From Octopus bimaculoides (lineage: Eukaryota), in contig NC_069000.1 in the NCBI RefSeq assembly GCF_001194135.2, forward strand, positions 9,237,843 through 9,301,842: DNA of 64,000 nucleotides. The letters are read 5' to 3'. Positions 12,945 through 25,463 of the stretch are shown here, piece after piece. A model generated the notes under the pieces. It was not told where the DNA came from and ran no database searches. It saw only the letters and a program-made list of their open reading frames with translations. Positions within the stretch are counted from its first letter, which is position 1, and each line of letters opens with the position of its first letter. A program made the position numbers and the translations under genes.

Positions 12945-14774
12945 TTGCTGAAATATTCTCCATTAGATGCAAAAATTTCAAATTTGTTCTTTGAGGGGAA
13001 ATTGTATTTTATATTATTTCTCTTTCTTCAGTGTAGAAAAGTTTCAGATATTGAAATAAACAAAATTCAATTAAAGATGCTGTGAATAGTAACATCCAAT
13101 TGTCAATCAACACTCTTATTTAAAAAAAAAAAAAAAGAAGTATCTATAATGGTAAACAACTGTCAATGTGGTGCAACGCCTGCCACATAGTGAATATCAC
13201 TGGAGGGTGGATCCAAACACGAAATCCAACCTGTCACTAAGTGACACCCACACTGTGGTAGGCTTTCAACAAAGTGGGTGTATGAAGGTAAAAGAATAAT
13301 TTGATCAAGTTAAAAAAAAGGTACCCTACAGTTTATCATCCTCAATATAATGCAAGTATATTCAAATAAAGTCTAAATTTATGGTTTTTACTTTTTAATA
13401 TTTTGATATGTTCAAAAAAAGTATATAGTAATTTGTTATCCCATATCTTGACTACATCAGTTGCTGCGAATTATCTTGATGGAGAACTTATTTTGATATA
13501 TCTACATATATATATTTACATATATGTTTAATTTACACTCTAATACTGCTATTTATAAATACATTATTTTTATATATATATATATATTTTCCACCAACAT
13601 TATGAAGATATACAGCATCATGACACTGATTTATTTCAACTGAATTAACACATATATCAATGTAAATTATTGTTTAACATGAAGAGTTCCATCTAACATG
13701 CAGCTCTTTTACTAGGGAGATGAAAATTCTTCTTATCTAATTTTTGTTGTTGTTGTTTTTAATCTATGACTAACGGTATCTAAGTACAAACTCTTAAACA
13801 ATTCATTTTAGTCTATTGTTGCACTATATGATACCCATAAGCACAGACTAAGCTGGAAAGAAAAACTACACAGTAGATATAGTTTGAGATAATGAACGTT
13901 TGATAAGAGCAATCAACAAATAGCATTCTTCAAATCAAAGTGAGAATAAAAATATAGAAAAAAAAAAAAAAATTAAAAAAAACACAAGAAATAAATGTTT
14001 GAAAAGCAACCTTACTCAATAAAACACATTAATATCAAAATAAATAGAGTATTTTATGAAGAACTTGACTAGAAGTAACCCATAAATCATGTACTATAAA
14101 CATACAAAGATAGAGAAACTGAAGACAGTTATACAGGAGTGGATCACAAAAACGAAAGATCATATAGATAATACATATAAAGAGTATGAAATAAATGAAG
14201 AATAGCAAACCCATCAATAATAAAACTAATAATATTCTGATGATGATAAATAATAATTTAACAGCAGTCTACATTTACATTTTAAAGTGTGGAAGAATAA
14301 GATTTTATAATGGTATCTTTCGCCACCTCTCTGTTTTTTTCTTCTTTCTCTACATTGCACGTGCACATAGAACAGAGATACATACACACACTCACATGTA
14401 TTTGTACACATTTTTTCCTTTCTTACTCCCCCTCACTCTCAACAATTATCTTGTCTCCATTTTACCTTGTCATAAAAATCTTAGATATAATGTATTTTTT
14501 CATGTATTCATAAATACTTGATAAATATTCAAGTAACACTGGACAAAATTTCTATAGTGAAAAGGTTATTAACAATATTATTATTCTTACCTGATCGTTA
14601 GAATTCATTATTTTTAAATTTCTTATAATGTCAATTATATATGTATGTATATGTGTGTATGTATATGTAAATATTTTTCAATTCTGGCTCTATATACAAA
14701 CATATACTTATGTATGTATAGAATTCAACTTCAGTGTATTGATTAGTCTAAGGAAGAATACAGGTAGGCACAGC

Positions 14775-14805
<31 letters not shown>

Positions 14806-14834
14806 ATATATATATATATATATATTCATATATG

Positions 14835-14871
<37 letters not shown>

Positions 14872-15858
14872 GTATATATTATTTATACATAAATAATAAA
14901 ACAAAAAAGTTCTTATTAGGAGAGATACAAAATTGAAGGAATAAAAACAATTTTAAGGTTTGGTATAGGTGAAAATTTAGGAGGAGCCAGAAAATCCCGC
15001 CTGGCAGCTGTCATTAAAGTTAAGACTGGTCTTGGATGCTTCGAAAAATTTCTAGCAGAAAACGCAATTAACTGATAGTGAAGGATGGCAGGTTTAGATG
15101 GCTGAGCGGGTTGAAATATTACTCCATTCACAGTTTAGCTAGTTTATGTAAACAACTAGCATGTTTCTCAGCAGCAGCAATAGCAGCAGCAGTACCACCA
15201 GAAGATAGTAAAAGAAGTGTGTGAGGTAGAGGTGTGAGAAGGTGGAAGGGAAAGACCATTTATAATAATAGTTAGAAGATAAATACAACAAAGTGAAAGA
15301 CTAATTGATTGCAACTGAAGCAGCTTCCTTGAGAGTGAGAGAAGGTACAAACCTCTGTTTGATAAGCTTTAGCAAGGATTCTAGAGACCCAACATACGTA
15401 AGCAAATGCTTGTAGGTGAAGCTATTTTCAGATGAATGTATATTCTTCTTTCAGTAATACTTACAAGACTATTTCCACCTTGGTGAACAGTTGCCATAAA
15501 ACTTATACACTTATCATATCAAACATTCTGAAGACTATAGATATTATTTCAGACATCACTCCATCTATTTTTAACAGAAATAATATCTTTTCTTGAACTC
15601 TTCCCCATTATTGAATGTTAGATCTCTCTATATATTGCTCTATATCTTCTTTTTTCTTACTTTCTTTCTTGATGCCTCTCTCTCTCTCTCATCTATGCAC
15701 AGGTACACACACACACACACAAACTTACTTTTGGTTATCTTCTTTAGATAAATGTTGGAAACTAATATTTCTTAATCATGCAAGAAATTCAGATTATAAG
15801 TATATACGTAAATACCCAACCACACACCCACACATAGATGCATATATACACACATATA

Positions 15859-16584
15859 NNNNNNNNNNNNNNNNNNNNNNNNNNNNNNNNNNNNNNNNNN
15901 NNNNNNNNNNNNNNNNNNNNNNNNNNNNNNNNNNNNNNNNNNNNNNNNNNNNNNNNNNNNNNNNNNNNNNNNNNNNNNNNNNNNNNNNNNNNNNNNNNNN
16001 NNNNNNNNNNNNNNNNNNNNNNNNNNNNNNNNNNNNNNNNNNNNNNNNNNNNNNNNNNNNNNNNNNNNNNNNNNNNNNNNNNNNNNNNNNNNNNNNNNNN
16101 NNNNNNNNNNNNNNNNNNNNNNNNNNNNNNNNNNNNNNNNNNNNNNNNNNNNNNNNNNNNNNNNNNNNNNNNNNNNNNNNNNNNNNNNNNNNNNNNNNNN
16201 NNNNNNNNNNNNNNNNNNNNNNNNNNNNNNNNNNNNNNNNNNNNNNNNNNNNNNNNNNNNNNNNNNNNNNNNNNNNNNNNNNNNNNNNNNNNNNNNNNNN
16301 NNNNNNNNNNNNNNNNNNNNNNNNNNNNNNNNNNNNNNNNNNNNNNNNNNNNNNNNNNNNNNNNNNNNNNNNNNNNNNNNNNNNNNNNNNNNNNNNNNNN
16401 NNNNNNNNNNNNNNNNNNNNNNNNNNNNNNNNNNNNNNNNNNNNNNNNNNNNNNNNNNNNNNNNNNNNNNNNNNNNNNNNNNNNNNNNNNNNNNNNNNNN
16501 NNNNNNNNNNNNNNNNNNNNNNNNNNNNNNNNNNNNNNNNNNNNNNNNNNNNNNNNNNNNNNNNNNNNNNNNNNNNNNNNNNNN
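15859..16584. other. Assembly gap (N run)
   Basis: N bases. Confidence 1.
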
Positions 16585-16787
16585 GTCCTCCTCCTGCTAT
16601 ATATATATATCGAAACGCCGGTGTTAAAACGTGGGTAGCTGATGAAGTAGAATGTTCTCTATGTGGCTCGTGTGTTCTCGTCTACGTTTGTTTGCAATGT
16701 CCTGTACCCAGATATGCACCTATACATACAGGTGGATGTCGGTATGCACATACCTGTACGTATATATGCATATACTCATTTACTTTT

Positions 16788-16826
<39 letters not shown>

Positions 16827-17035
16827 TGGGTGGGCAGAGATGAATGTAGCAGTGCCAGAAGGAGCGATAAAGATGGTAATGATGAGGTGCCAGAAGATAC
16901 TCTTGGAGTAACATGCTCAAGAGGTGAAGAGAAGAGAGCATGGAGAAAGAAGGACCAAGAAGGGTGAATAATGGTTGCAAGCATATGGGTAGTGATAGTG
17001 GTAGTGTCAAGTTGTAAGACTAAAATTCTCCAAAG

Positions 17036-17697
17036 CAGTGGAAGAATGTTATTTTCTCGGTCGAGTCATCCTTTACCTTATTTCCGACCACTGGCCAAGT
17101 ATACGCGTGGAGACAGCCAAAAGAAGTATTTGACTCAGACTGCCTTCTTCCAACTGTTAAACATGGAGGAGGATCTGTGATGATCTGGGGTGGTGGTGGC
17201 TATATCTTGGTAATCCACCAGCTTAATGGTTTCCCTTCATGGCAGAATTAATAGTGAAGACTATTTAAGCATTTTATCTGATCAAGTTCATCCTATGGTT
17301 GTGGAACTGTTTCTGGGGGAAAAGGCAATCTTTCAAGATGATAATGCACCAATTCACAAAGCTAAAGTTGTTATTGAATGGCACGAGGAACATTCTAGTG
17401 AAGTTGGACATCTTATCTGGCCACCACAGTCCCCAAACCTCAATATTATTGAACATTTATGGTGCATTTTAGAAAAACAAGTAAGGAGTTGATATCCTCC
17501 ACCATCATCACTACAAGAACTGGAGATTGTTTTAGCTGAAGAATGGACAAAAATTCCTTTGGAAACAATTCAAACATTGTACGAGTCCATACCTTGTAGA
17601 ATTCAAGCTGTAATTACTGCCGAAGGCAGTCCTACCCCATATTAAAATAAATTTGTTTGAAATTTTAAGGTGTTTCCATTATTTTGTCCAACCCCTG
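17036..17697 (+). mobile_element. Tc1/mariner transposon remnant: decayed transposase catalytic domain (DD36E spacing) plus 3' TIR
   Basis: QWKNVIFSVESSFTLFPTTG...PTVKHGGGSVMIWG (frameshift) ...FQDDNAPIH...WPPQSPNLNIIEHLW...(stop)...IQAVITAEGSPTPY*. TIR ggtgtttccattattttgtccaacccctg at 17669-17697. The first catalytic D is mutated (FSVES) and the 5' half is absent. Confidence 0.92.
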
Positions 17698-17713
17698 TCT
17701 GTATGTATGTGTA

Positions 17714-17770
<57 letters not shown>

Positions 17771-18157
17771 ATGTATTTATGCATGTGTGTATGTATGTAC
17801 TTATATCAAGATACATATATACATAAATATATATATATAGATATATATACATAATTAAGGGATCAGCAACAGTTGTTGATACACACACACATATTTATAT
17901 ACATTCATACATACACACACATATGAATTTCTTTATCGTGACATGAAAATTAAATTTGAAATATCTTCAGTTGCAAACAAATTAGAAAAGTGTAAAGGTG
18001 AATAATTGGTGAAGTAGCATCTACCCAGCAGAGTGTTTTTACTATAGTTGTTGTAAAACAGTAAAGGAATTATATGGAAGTAAGAAATAGGAGAAACAAC
18101 AACAAAATCTCTGCTGGAAAAGTGTTGAAGCTCTTTCAAAGCTTTCTAGCACGGAAA

Positions 18158-18161
18158 AAAA

Positions 18162-18193
<32 letters not shown>

Positions 18194-18194
18194 A

Positions 18195-18231
<37 letters not shown>
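18158..18231. repeat. Compound (GAAA)n(GA)n polypurine tract
   Basis: Direct reading. Confidence 0.9.
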
Positions 18232-18232
<1 letters not shown>

Positions 18233-19439
18233 TAAAGTTTAAGTAATAAATTCACTTTTAGTGGGAGTGTTTAGCTGTAGAGTTGCTGCTACTGCTGCTG
18301 TTGCTGCTACTGTTGGGTTGCGAGAAGAAAGCACAAACACAAGTCCATAGATCAGTTGACTGTGATATATGATATGATGTAGCTGCTGTAAGAAAAGCTA
18401 CAGTGAAAGTTAGCAGAGATAGCTTTACAAGTGAACATGGTACGGATTTTTAATATTTGTCTGCATCAGAGAGAATAATAATAATTCCCTTCAGAAATCC
18501 ACTTCAGAAATGTAATCAAGTCTCACAATGAATTGGAGTCTCTTAACATAGAACAAAGGCAGAGAAGCAAATATATTGTAACTACAGTTAGCTGCAGTGG
18601 ATTGCAATAATTGGCAGTGCATTCTAGTGTTGTGTTAAAGCAAAATGTAATGCTAGATTGTTATCAAATGTCTGATATTCAAGCATTGAATAATAGCATA
18701 GATTTATTTCTTGGCTGGGAATTTAGTGCAGATATATGAGCATCCAGCCATATATGTTATGATCTTCTAGTTTGTTGTCTTATAGTGTTGAGTTGAAATC
18801 TCTCAAAGGTCAACTTAACCTTTTACTACTTGATGTTTGGCAAAGTAAGTAGAAGTAATCTTTGGGCCATAGTTTGGATTAGAAGTAACATCTGTCCTTT
18901 GAGCTGTAGCTAGTGAAAGAGGAACCTTTAGGTCACATCCCATCATGTTTTGAACATTTATATATTTTCATTGTATTTATTAAAGAATCAGTTTGTATCT
19001 GAAAATATATTTAACACTGTTTAAAATGAGCTTCAGAGTAACTAAATATTTGAAAATGTTAGGTAATGTTTTGTTACTGAGTTTCAAATGTGATGAAGAT
19101 CTAGGTTAATAAATCAACAAAATTGATACCTAATTGTAATAAGGCCGATTACTCTTTCTACTCTTTCAATATTGGCTAGAGCAACTCCTTTTCATATATA
19201 CGTGATGGCAACAAATGAGAAAAACAAACAAACTACACCTCTAGTCCATATGCTTCGTCTTAATGAAGTTGGCATGAAAAAGATCATGAAAATTGCAATA
19301 AGCAATAGTTACTAAAATAATTACAAACTCAAAATGAATGGCAATATAAGGTAACGAATTAACTTTGGAGGAAAATTGTTGTTTTCTTAGATATTTGTGG
19401 ATGCAATATTAGGTATAGGATTTAATGTCTATAATATAG

Positions 19440-19620
19440 GTGCAGGTATTATGTAGTTAAGAAGTTCACTTGGTAGCTATGTGTATTTGGGTTCAGTCTT
19501 ACTGCATGGTACCTTGGATAAGTACTTTCTAGTTTCTTACTTTCATCCTGGGATAACCAATGACTTGTAAGTGAATTTTGGTAGACAGAGACTGCAAAAA
19601 ACCTGGTGTGTGTTTGTGTG
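19440..19620 (+). mobile_element. SINE family A, 5' half
   Basis: gtgcaggtattatgtagttaagaagttcac...gggttcagtcttactgcatggtaccttggataagt. Confidence 0.65.
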
Positions 19621-21631
19621 TGTGAGAGAGAGAGAGCAAGCGAGCGTAAGTATATGCATGCATGCATGTTTGTGAATGTTGATATTTTATGCTTGTCTGT
19701 TCTGAAAATTCAAAGACCTGTAGAATAAAAAAATCTTTTACTTGAAAAGCAGGTAAATGTGGGTTATAGGAAGAGAATCAGCCATAAAACTCTGTCTCAA
19801 ATAACTCCCTGCCTAGTTTATGTATAGTGTAAAAAAAAAAAAAACCCTCTAAATGAATGAATGTTTTTTTTTTAATGTCTCCTAAAAAAAGGCCAATAAT
19901 AGGAATGCATGAAAGTTAACTTGAATTATCGTTAGTCAGAAAATGTTACTGCTGAGAAATATATACATAAAAACATCCAAGAGTGGCTCAAACGGAACAT
20001 CAACTGCATCAACCAACAGTCTGAGTAGGCTTGCAAAGACCACAGGTACTGCCTCTCTTGTTATGACTAACTAATGAATAAAAACATCTACTGCATGTTT
20101 CAAACAGTGGAATGTAGAAATAAATGACACTGGTAGTGGATTTGAACTCAAAACCTATGAAGCAGGTAGTCTAATATCTTTGATGCAGGACAACTCTAAT
20201 TGAACAAACCTATGATCAAAGATATTGCAATCAAGCTTTATTCAAAGTTACTGCCTTTTCAAGTAAAAGATTTTTTTTTTATTCTGCAAGTCTTTGAATT
20301 TGCAGAACAGACAAGCGTAAAATATCAACATTCACAAACCTATAATCAAAGATATTCCAATCTACTTTACTTAAATTGTGTATCAAGAACAATGTTATCT
20401 TTTATTGGGGTATGTGTGTGTGTAGGGAGGGGGGCAAAGTAGGGTGAGATAGATTTGAGGCAGATTTGACTGTTATTTCTAACAGTTTGTATGACCATGC
20501 AGAAACCTCAATTTGTACTGAAGCTGGATGTTCAGTTGAGTAATTTTTTTAGCATTTCTGTTTATCTCCTTTTAGCTTGATTATGATTAATTTTGAATTG
20601 AGAATACTTGCTTATGCGGGTCGAAACATGTATTGGCTGATTTCACCCAAATGAAATTATAATAGTATATTTTTCACTGCTGGGAAATCAAAAGACTGAA
20701 CTGAATGAGTTCTGCACCTATATATGGTAACACAGACAACTTATTTCCTTCTAAAATAACCGCCAGGAGAAATACTTCATAATATCAAGACAGATATTGT
20801 ATCTTGTCTTGAGAGATCAGAGTCTGAGAGGTAAGTTTGATGGTAAACAAGTCAGTCAGGCAAGAGTAACTCAGAAGCATTATGTTTACATGAAATTACT
20901 ACAAGTGAAATTAGGATTTATAAACAGATTAAGTAAATATTCTGCCAAAGCTTTAATGCTCTTGTTTTCAGCACGTTACTTTACGAGATAATGGCCTCTT
21001 CATTCTGAAGACAAAAAACAACAGAATACACTTACACATCATGGCATAAATAAAATTAGCATAAAGTCTCTTTACAAATATTTGTTTACATAAATACTCT
21101 TGCATGTATAGCACAAGCAATATTTCTCCTAGTCTGTTAGATGGTATATATTTCTACTTAATAAGTATTCTCTAAGTTTTTAAACGCACACACACACACA
21201 CACACACACAAATCACCTCCATCACTACAATCAATTTAATGTCTGTTTGTTTCACCAAACTGGTGTAGGTAGGATAAATTTACAATACAGCACCCCTTTA
21301 TGTATTTTAATCTTGTTTTATCTCGTGTAAAAGCCTAACTTTTCATTATCAACCAAGCACATATTCATTCATTCATGCCAATACAAGTGAGGATGTTGTG
21401 TACTAGCCTCAGGTCAGCCCTTATCAAGCAGACCTACAATTAATGGCATTCTACTCATGATCCTCATGTCCTTCTTTTTTTTTTTTTTTTTTAAATATAG
21501 CATACTTTAGATTACATTAGCCAATGTGTCCTTCCTTTCTAAAACGGTAGAGTCTGATTTAAAAGTTATTTGGGTGCTCAGTGACCATACAGAAACACTT
21601 TCGTTGGTTCAGATGTTAAATAATGATGATG

Positions 21632-21663
<32 letters not shown>

Positions 21664-22199
21664 GTTAATTTTTATGAAGCTTATTTTGAACCACCTTCTT
21701 GACTTGGACTCAACAATTCTAAGGGAATCAATGATGCAAGACAAACTAAAAATTGCTAGTATTTAGTATCTTTTTAAAGCAATTTAGCCAAAATATTGTG
21801 AATTTATAGATTTATTTTAGGTATTAAAAATACTGGGCAAAGCTAAGTTGAGCTACTAGTTGTAAATAAGAATATAATGAGTACATGTCTGGAGAAAAAC
21901 AGAAAGCAATACAAATAAGTTCCTATTCAATACATACAAACATATTTTAGGTATTAATAATTCTGGTCAAGGCTATGTTGAGCTACTAGTCCTCATTCAC
22001 AATCTCATTATAAAATTATAATAAGAATGTGTCTGCGGAAAAAAATAGAAAATAGCAAGAATCAAATCTAGTGAATTGATGTATATAAGACCCCATTTAG
22101 TACATACAAACCATTGTATGAACAATCTTAGCATGTTAATAAATTGATTACAACAATAACAGCCGCCACCACCACCACCGCCACCACCACCACCACAAC

Positions 22200-22390
22200 C
22201 ACTTCCATCATCATTTTAATATTCACTTTTCCATGCAGAATTCATTGGAACATATTTTCTATGGTCAGACGCCTTTCCTGTTGCCAACCCTCCAAGCGAG
22301 ACATGCTTTCATAGAACATTGGAAATGAATGGCACCACTTGTGTGATGGTGATGCTTGTTAACACATACCATGCAATGTCGAGAAAACAC
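22200..22390 (-). mobile_element. RTE 3'-tail-related fragment
   Basis: catcatcattttaatattcacttttccatgc...tttctatggtcagacgcctttcctgttgccaaccc. Confidence 0.6.
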
Positions 22391-22399
22391 ACACACACA

Positions 22400-22575
22400 C
22401 ACCAACATACATATATATGATGAACATTTTTCAGTTTCTGCCTACCAAATCCATTTACAAGTTTTGATTGGTTTAGGGCTATGGTAGAAGACACTTGCTC
22501 AAGTTGCCATGTAGTGAGACTGAATCTGAAACCATACAACTGAGAAGCAAACTTCTTAATGGCACTGCCAGAAAC
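22400..22575 (-). mobile_element. SINE family A, 5' half
   Basis: tttcagtttctgcctaccaaatccatttacaag...ggctatggtagaagacacttgctcaag...gactgaatctgaaaccat. Confidence 0.7.
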
Positions 22576-24829
22576 CAGAATAAGAATCATTTAGCCATAA
22601 AACCCTTCTAGTTTAAAGAAAGATGTGAATTTTTATTACAAAACATGTAGGTCAATGGAATTTGCAAGAGATTCTGAAGTTTCAATAAACATTTTTTCTT
22701 CAATTAAATTTGAAACTCGATCCTAAACATATTGCAGCAATTTCCTCAACCAAAAACACTTTGATTTTAATTTACATATCAATTATCATTGAATATGTGT
22801 ATATTAAATTGAATATTTGTACTTTGAAAATTATTTTGTGGAACTACAAAGTAAGACAGAGAGAAACCACTTGAATATGTGCTAAAAATGTCATCTGGCT
22901 TGCATGTAAATTCATTTTAGGAAACAAATAACTTACATTTGCTCTAAATTTGATAGGGGCAAATTAAAATTTTAAATAATTCTCTTGGATGTATTTCAAA
23001 TACTTTCAAAATGTTAGACAAGTCTGAAATATATGGATTTTAATTGAAATCTATGCACATGGGCTTAAATTATAATAAAACTGGAAAATGTTAAGCAGCA
23101 TTTATATATAAGTTGCAGTACAAATTGAATGAAACAAAATAATTAATTGATCTTTTAGTCTCATTTGTAAAATATTTCACATTCTCTAATGAAACTATAT
23201 GCAACTAAGATTTCATTTATTTGTTCTAAAGCTTTAAGCTTTATAACTTCAGCTCAATGCAGGGCTGCCCAATAATTGATTTTTAAAATTAGATCTATAA
23301 AACTAAAATAAATTTTGAGTGCTAGTATCCATGTTTTCGATAAAATCATTATGCATATGCATAACTCTCAAAATTGCTGCATTTGAGAGTAATCTAAGAT
23401 TTGGAATGTATTCAAAATACATCCACAGGAAAACTGTACATATTTCATTTTATCTTCTATGACTATTTCATAATCTTTCATTTAATATAGAAATGATTGA
23501 TTAAATATTGTGTCAGTACTAACTATCTGATTACTACTACAAGAAAGAAAAGAAAAAAGAACCTGAAAAATACTCATATGATAAGTAAGCAAAAAAAAAT
23601 TGGTTATCTCCAATAATATCTTTGCTGATAATCACTGTTATATTATTCTCTTTTACTGTTTGAGATGTATTTAATAATGTATGCCCAATAAATAGTCCAA
23701 AATCTACTTCTATTTGCTATTCTTTTCGCTAATTTACTATAATCTTGTCAATTATATTGATGTCTGAATCTCTATTGAAACTACTATATACAGGTGAGCT
23801 AGCATTCAACACTAAATCAATACAGGAACAAAGCCATGTCTGAGACCATGATTGAGGTCTTGGAATCAAAGAAATTGATATTGAATATAGAAGATCTGAG
23901 ATAATATTTAGTGGCTATAATTGAGCTAAGGTTTAAAAATAAGAAAAGGGTTGTAATTTGTATATTGGAAAGTTTAGGCAGAGATATAGTCATATCTAGT
24001 AATTTGTAGCTGTATACTAGTGACAAATACCTCTCCTGTAATTTTTACCCCTCTTCAGTCTATGGATTTTTCTTCTCCCTAACAATTTTTCTTCTAATTT
24101 TTTCATTCTAACTGCACACTATCATTATAGAACATACTCACGAAAGGAGATACTGTGAATCCTTTCAAGTTTTAATTTACAGTTGTTTATGGGAATGTCT
24201 AAAATAAACTTTTGTAAAATTTAGAAAAAAGGTTAATGGCATTGATTAGCAATGTATATGGAAACTGTCCAGCATTTCTTGTATTTCTGATAAGTTGCAT
24301 TTTCAACAATTCTATATCGACTCTGTCATATTAATAGTTTAAAATTGCAGTCTAGTGTACACTATGCTTGGGGGAAAAATAAAAATTCATGACTGAAAGA
24401 GATAGTCGCTCTTCAATCAGGGATGGCCTATGGCTATATAAAGCAACTTTATGATGGTGACATCAATTTGGGCTACACTTTAACATGATAAGTATTGAAA
24501 TACATATCGTTGATATTATGTAAAAGTGTCATAAGTCCAAAATGTTGCTTTTTCAGAAAACAAAAAAAATAATTTCACCATTCCATAGCAAAAGTGTTGT
24601 ACTACACTTTCGCAATTTTTGATATCTTGGCATCTGAGGCAGCTATAGATATGATAGTTTGACCAAAAGAACCAGTTATAGCAAACAAAAATGAATACTG
24701 AAAAAAATGCATTTGGCCAAATTTGGACATACGCCAGTTTAACATAATAGCAACAATATACAATCCAAAATGACGGAGAGCTAAATATTTTGCACATGAT
24801 ACCAAAAATTCAATATTTAGTACTCACTG

Positions 24830-25010
24830 AACCCACCAATGACCAGTGAGCCAGATAAGTAAATCAGTCTCCACAACTTGAAATAATAAGACTGAAAATG
24901 AGACTTATTAATCCAAAAAGGAGAATGAAAACCAAAGTCGACACCAATGGGATTTGAATTCAGAGTATACAAACTTGGACTAAATTACCACAAGGCATTT
25001 TATCTGATGC
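24830..25010 (-). mobile_element. SINE family B copy
   Basis: ctgaaaatgagacttattaatcc...gaatgaaaaccaaagtcgacacc...ggatttgaattcagagt...ccacaaggcatttt. Confidence 0.6.
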
Positions 25011-25463
25011 TCTAATAACTATTACCATATCTTACTTACACACATGTAATCCACACACAAACATATCATATGTTAATATATATCTAACACTAGTAAGTAT
25101 ATGTAAATATAAAGGAAGGAAGAAAGAAGGAAAATACAGCAGGCAGTCAGACAGACAGATTAAGACATTTCAATGTATAATTAAGTTTTCAATCAGCAGT
25201 AATGTCACTGAGTATAGTACCATCTTTGGGAAGGGAAGCAATAGAGGGATAAAAAAATATAATAAATGACACAGTTGCTGCAGAGAAATAATTATACAGA
25301 GAAAAGCAGTGAATGGGAGAAGTGCCTTACAAATACCATGCCATGATCATTTTTGTTACAACCAAATGAAGTTGGGAAGTCAGACCAGTAGCTGCTAGGT
25401 CTCACAGATGAGAAAATAAAAAATAGAGATGAGTGGAAATATGATGTACTATTGAAGCCACAT

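Noticed and set aside
15615-16967. Longest listed ORFs (450 aa, 266 aa, and the similar 163 aa and 206 aa ones near 12.5 kb and 39.3 kb)
   Set aside because: They are open only because they cross N gaps and dinucleotide repeats; not proteins.
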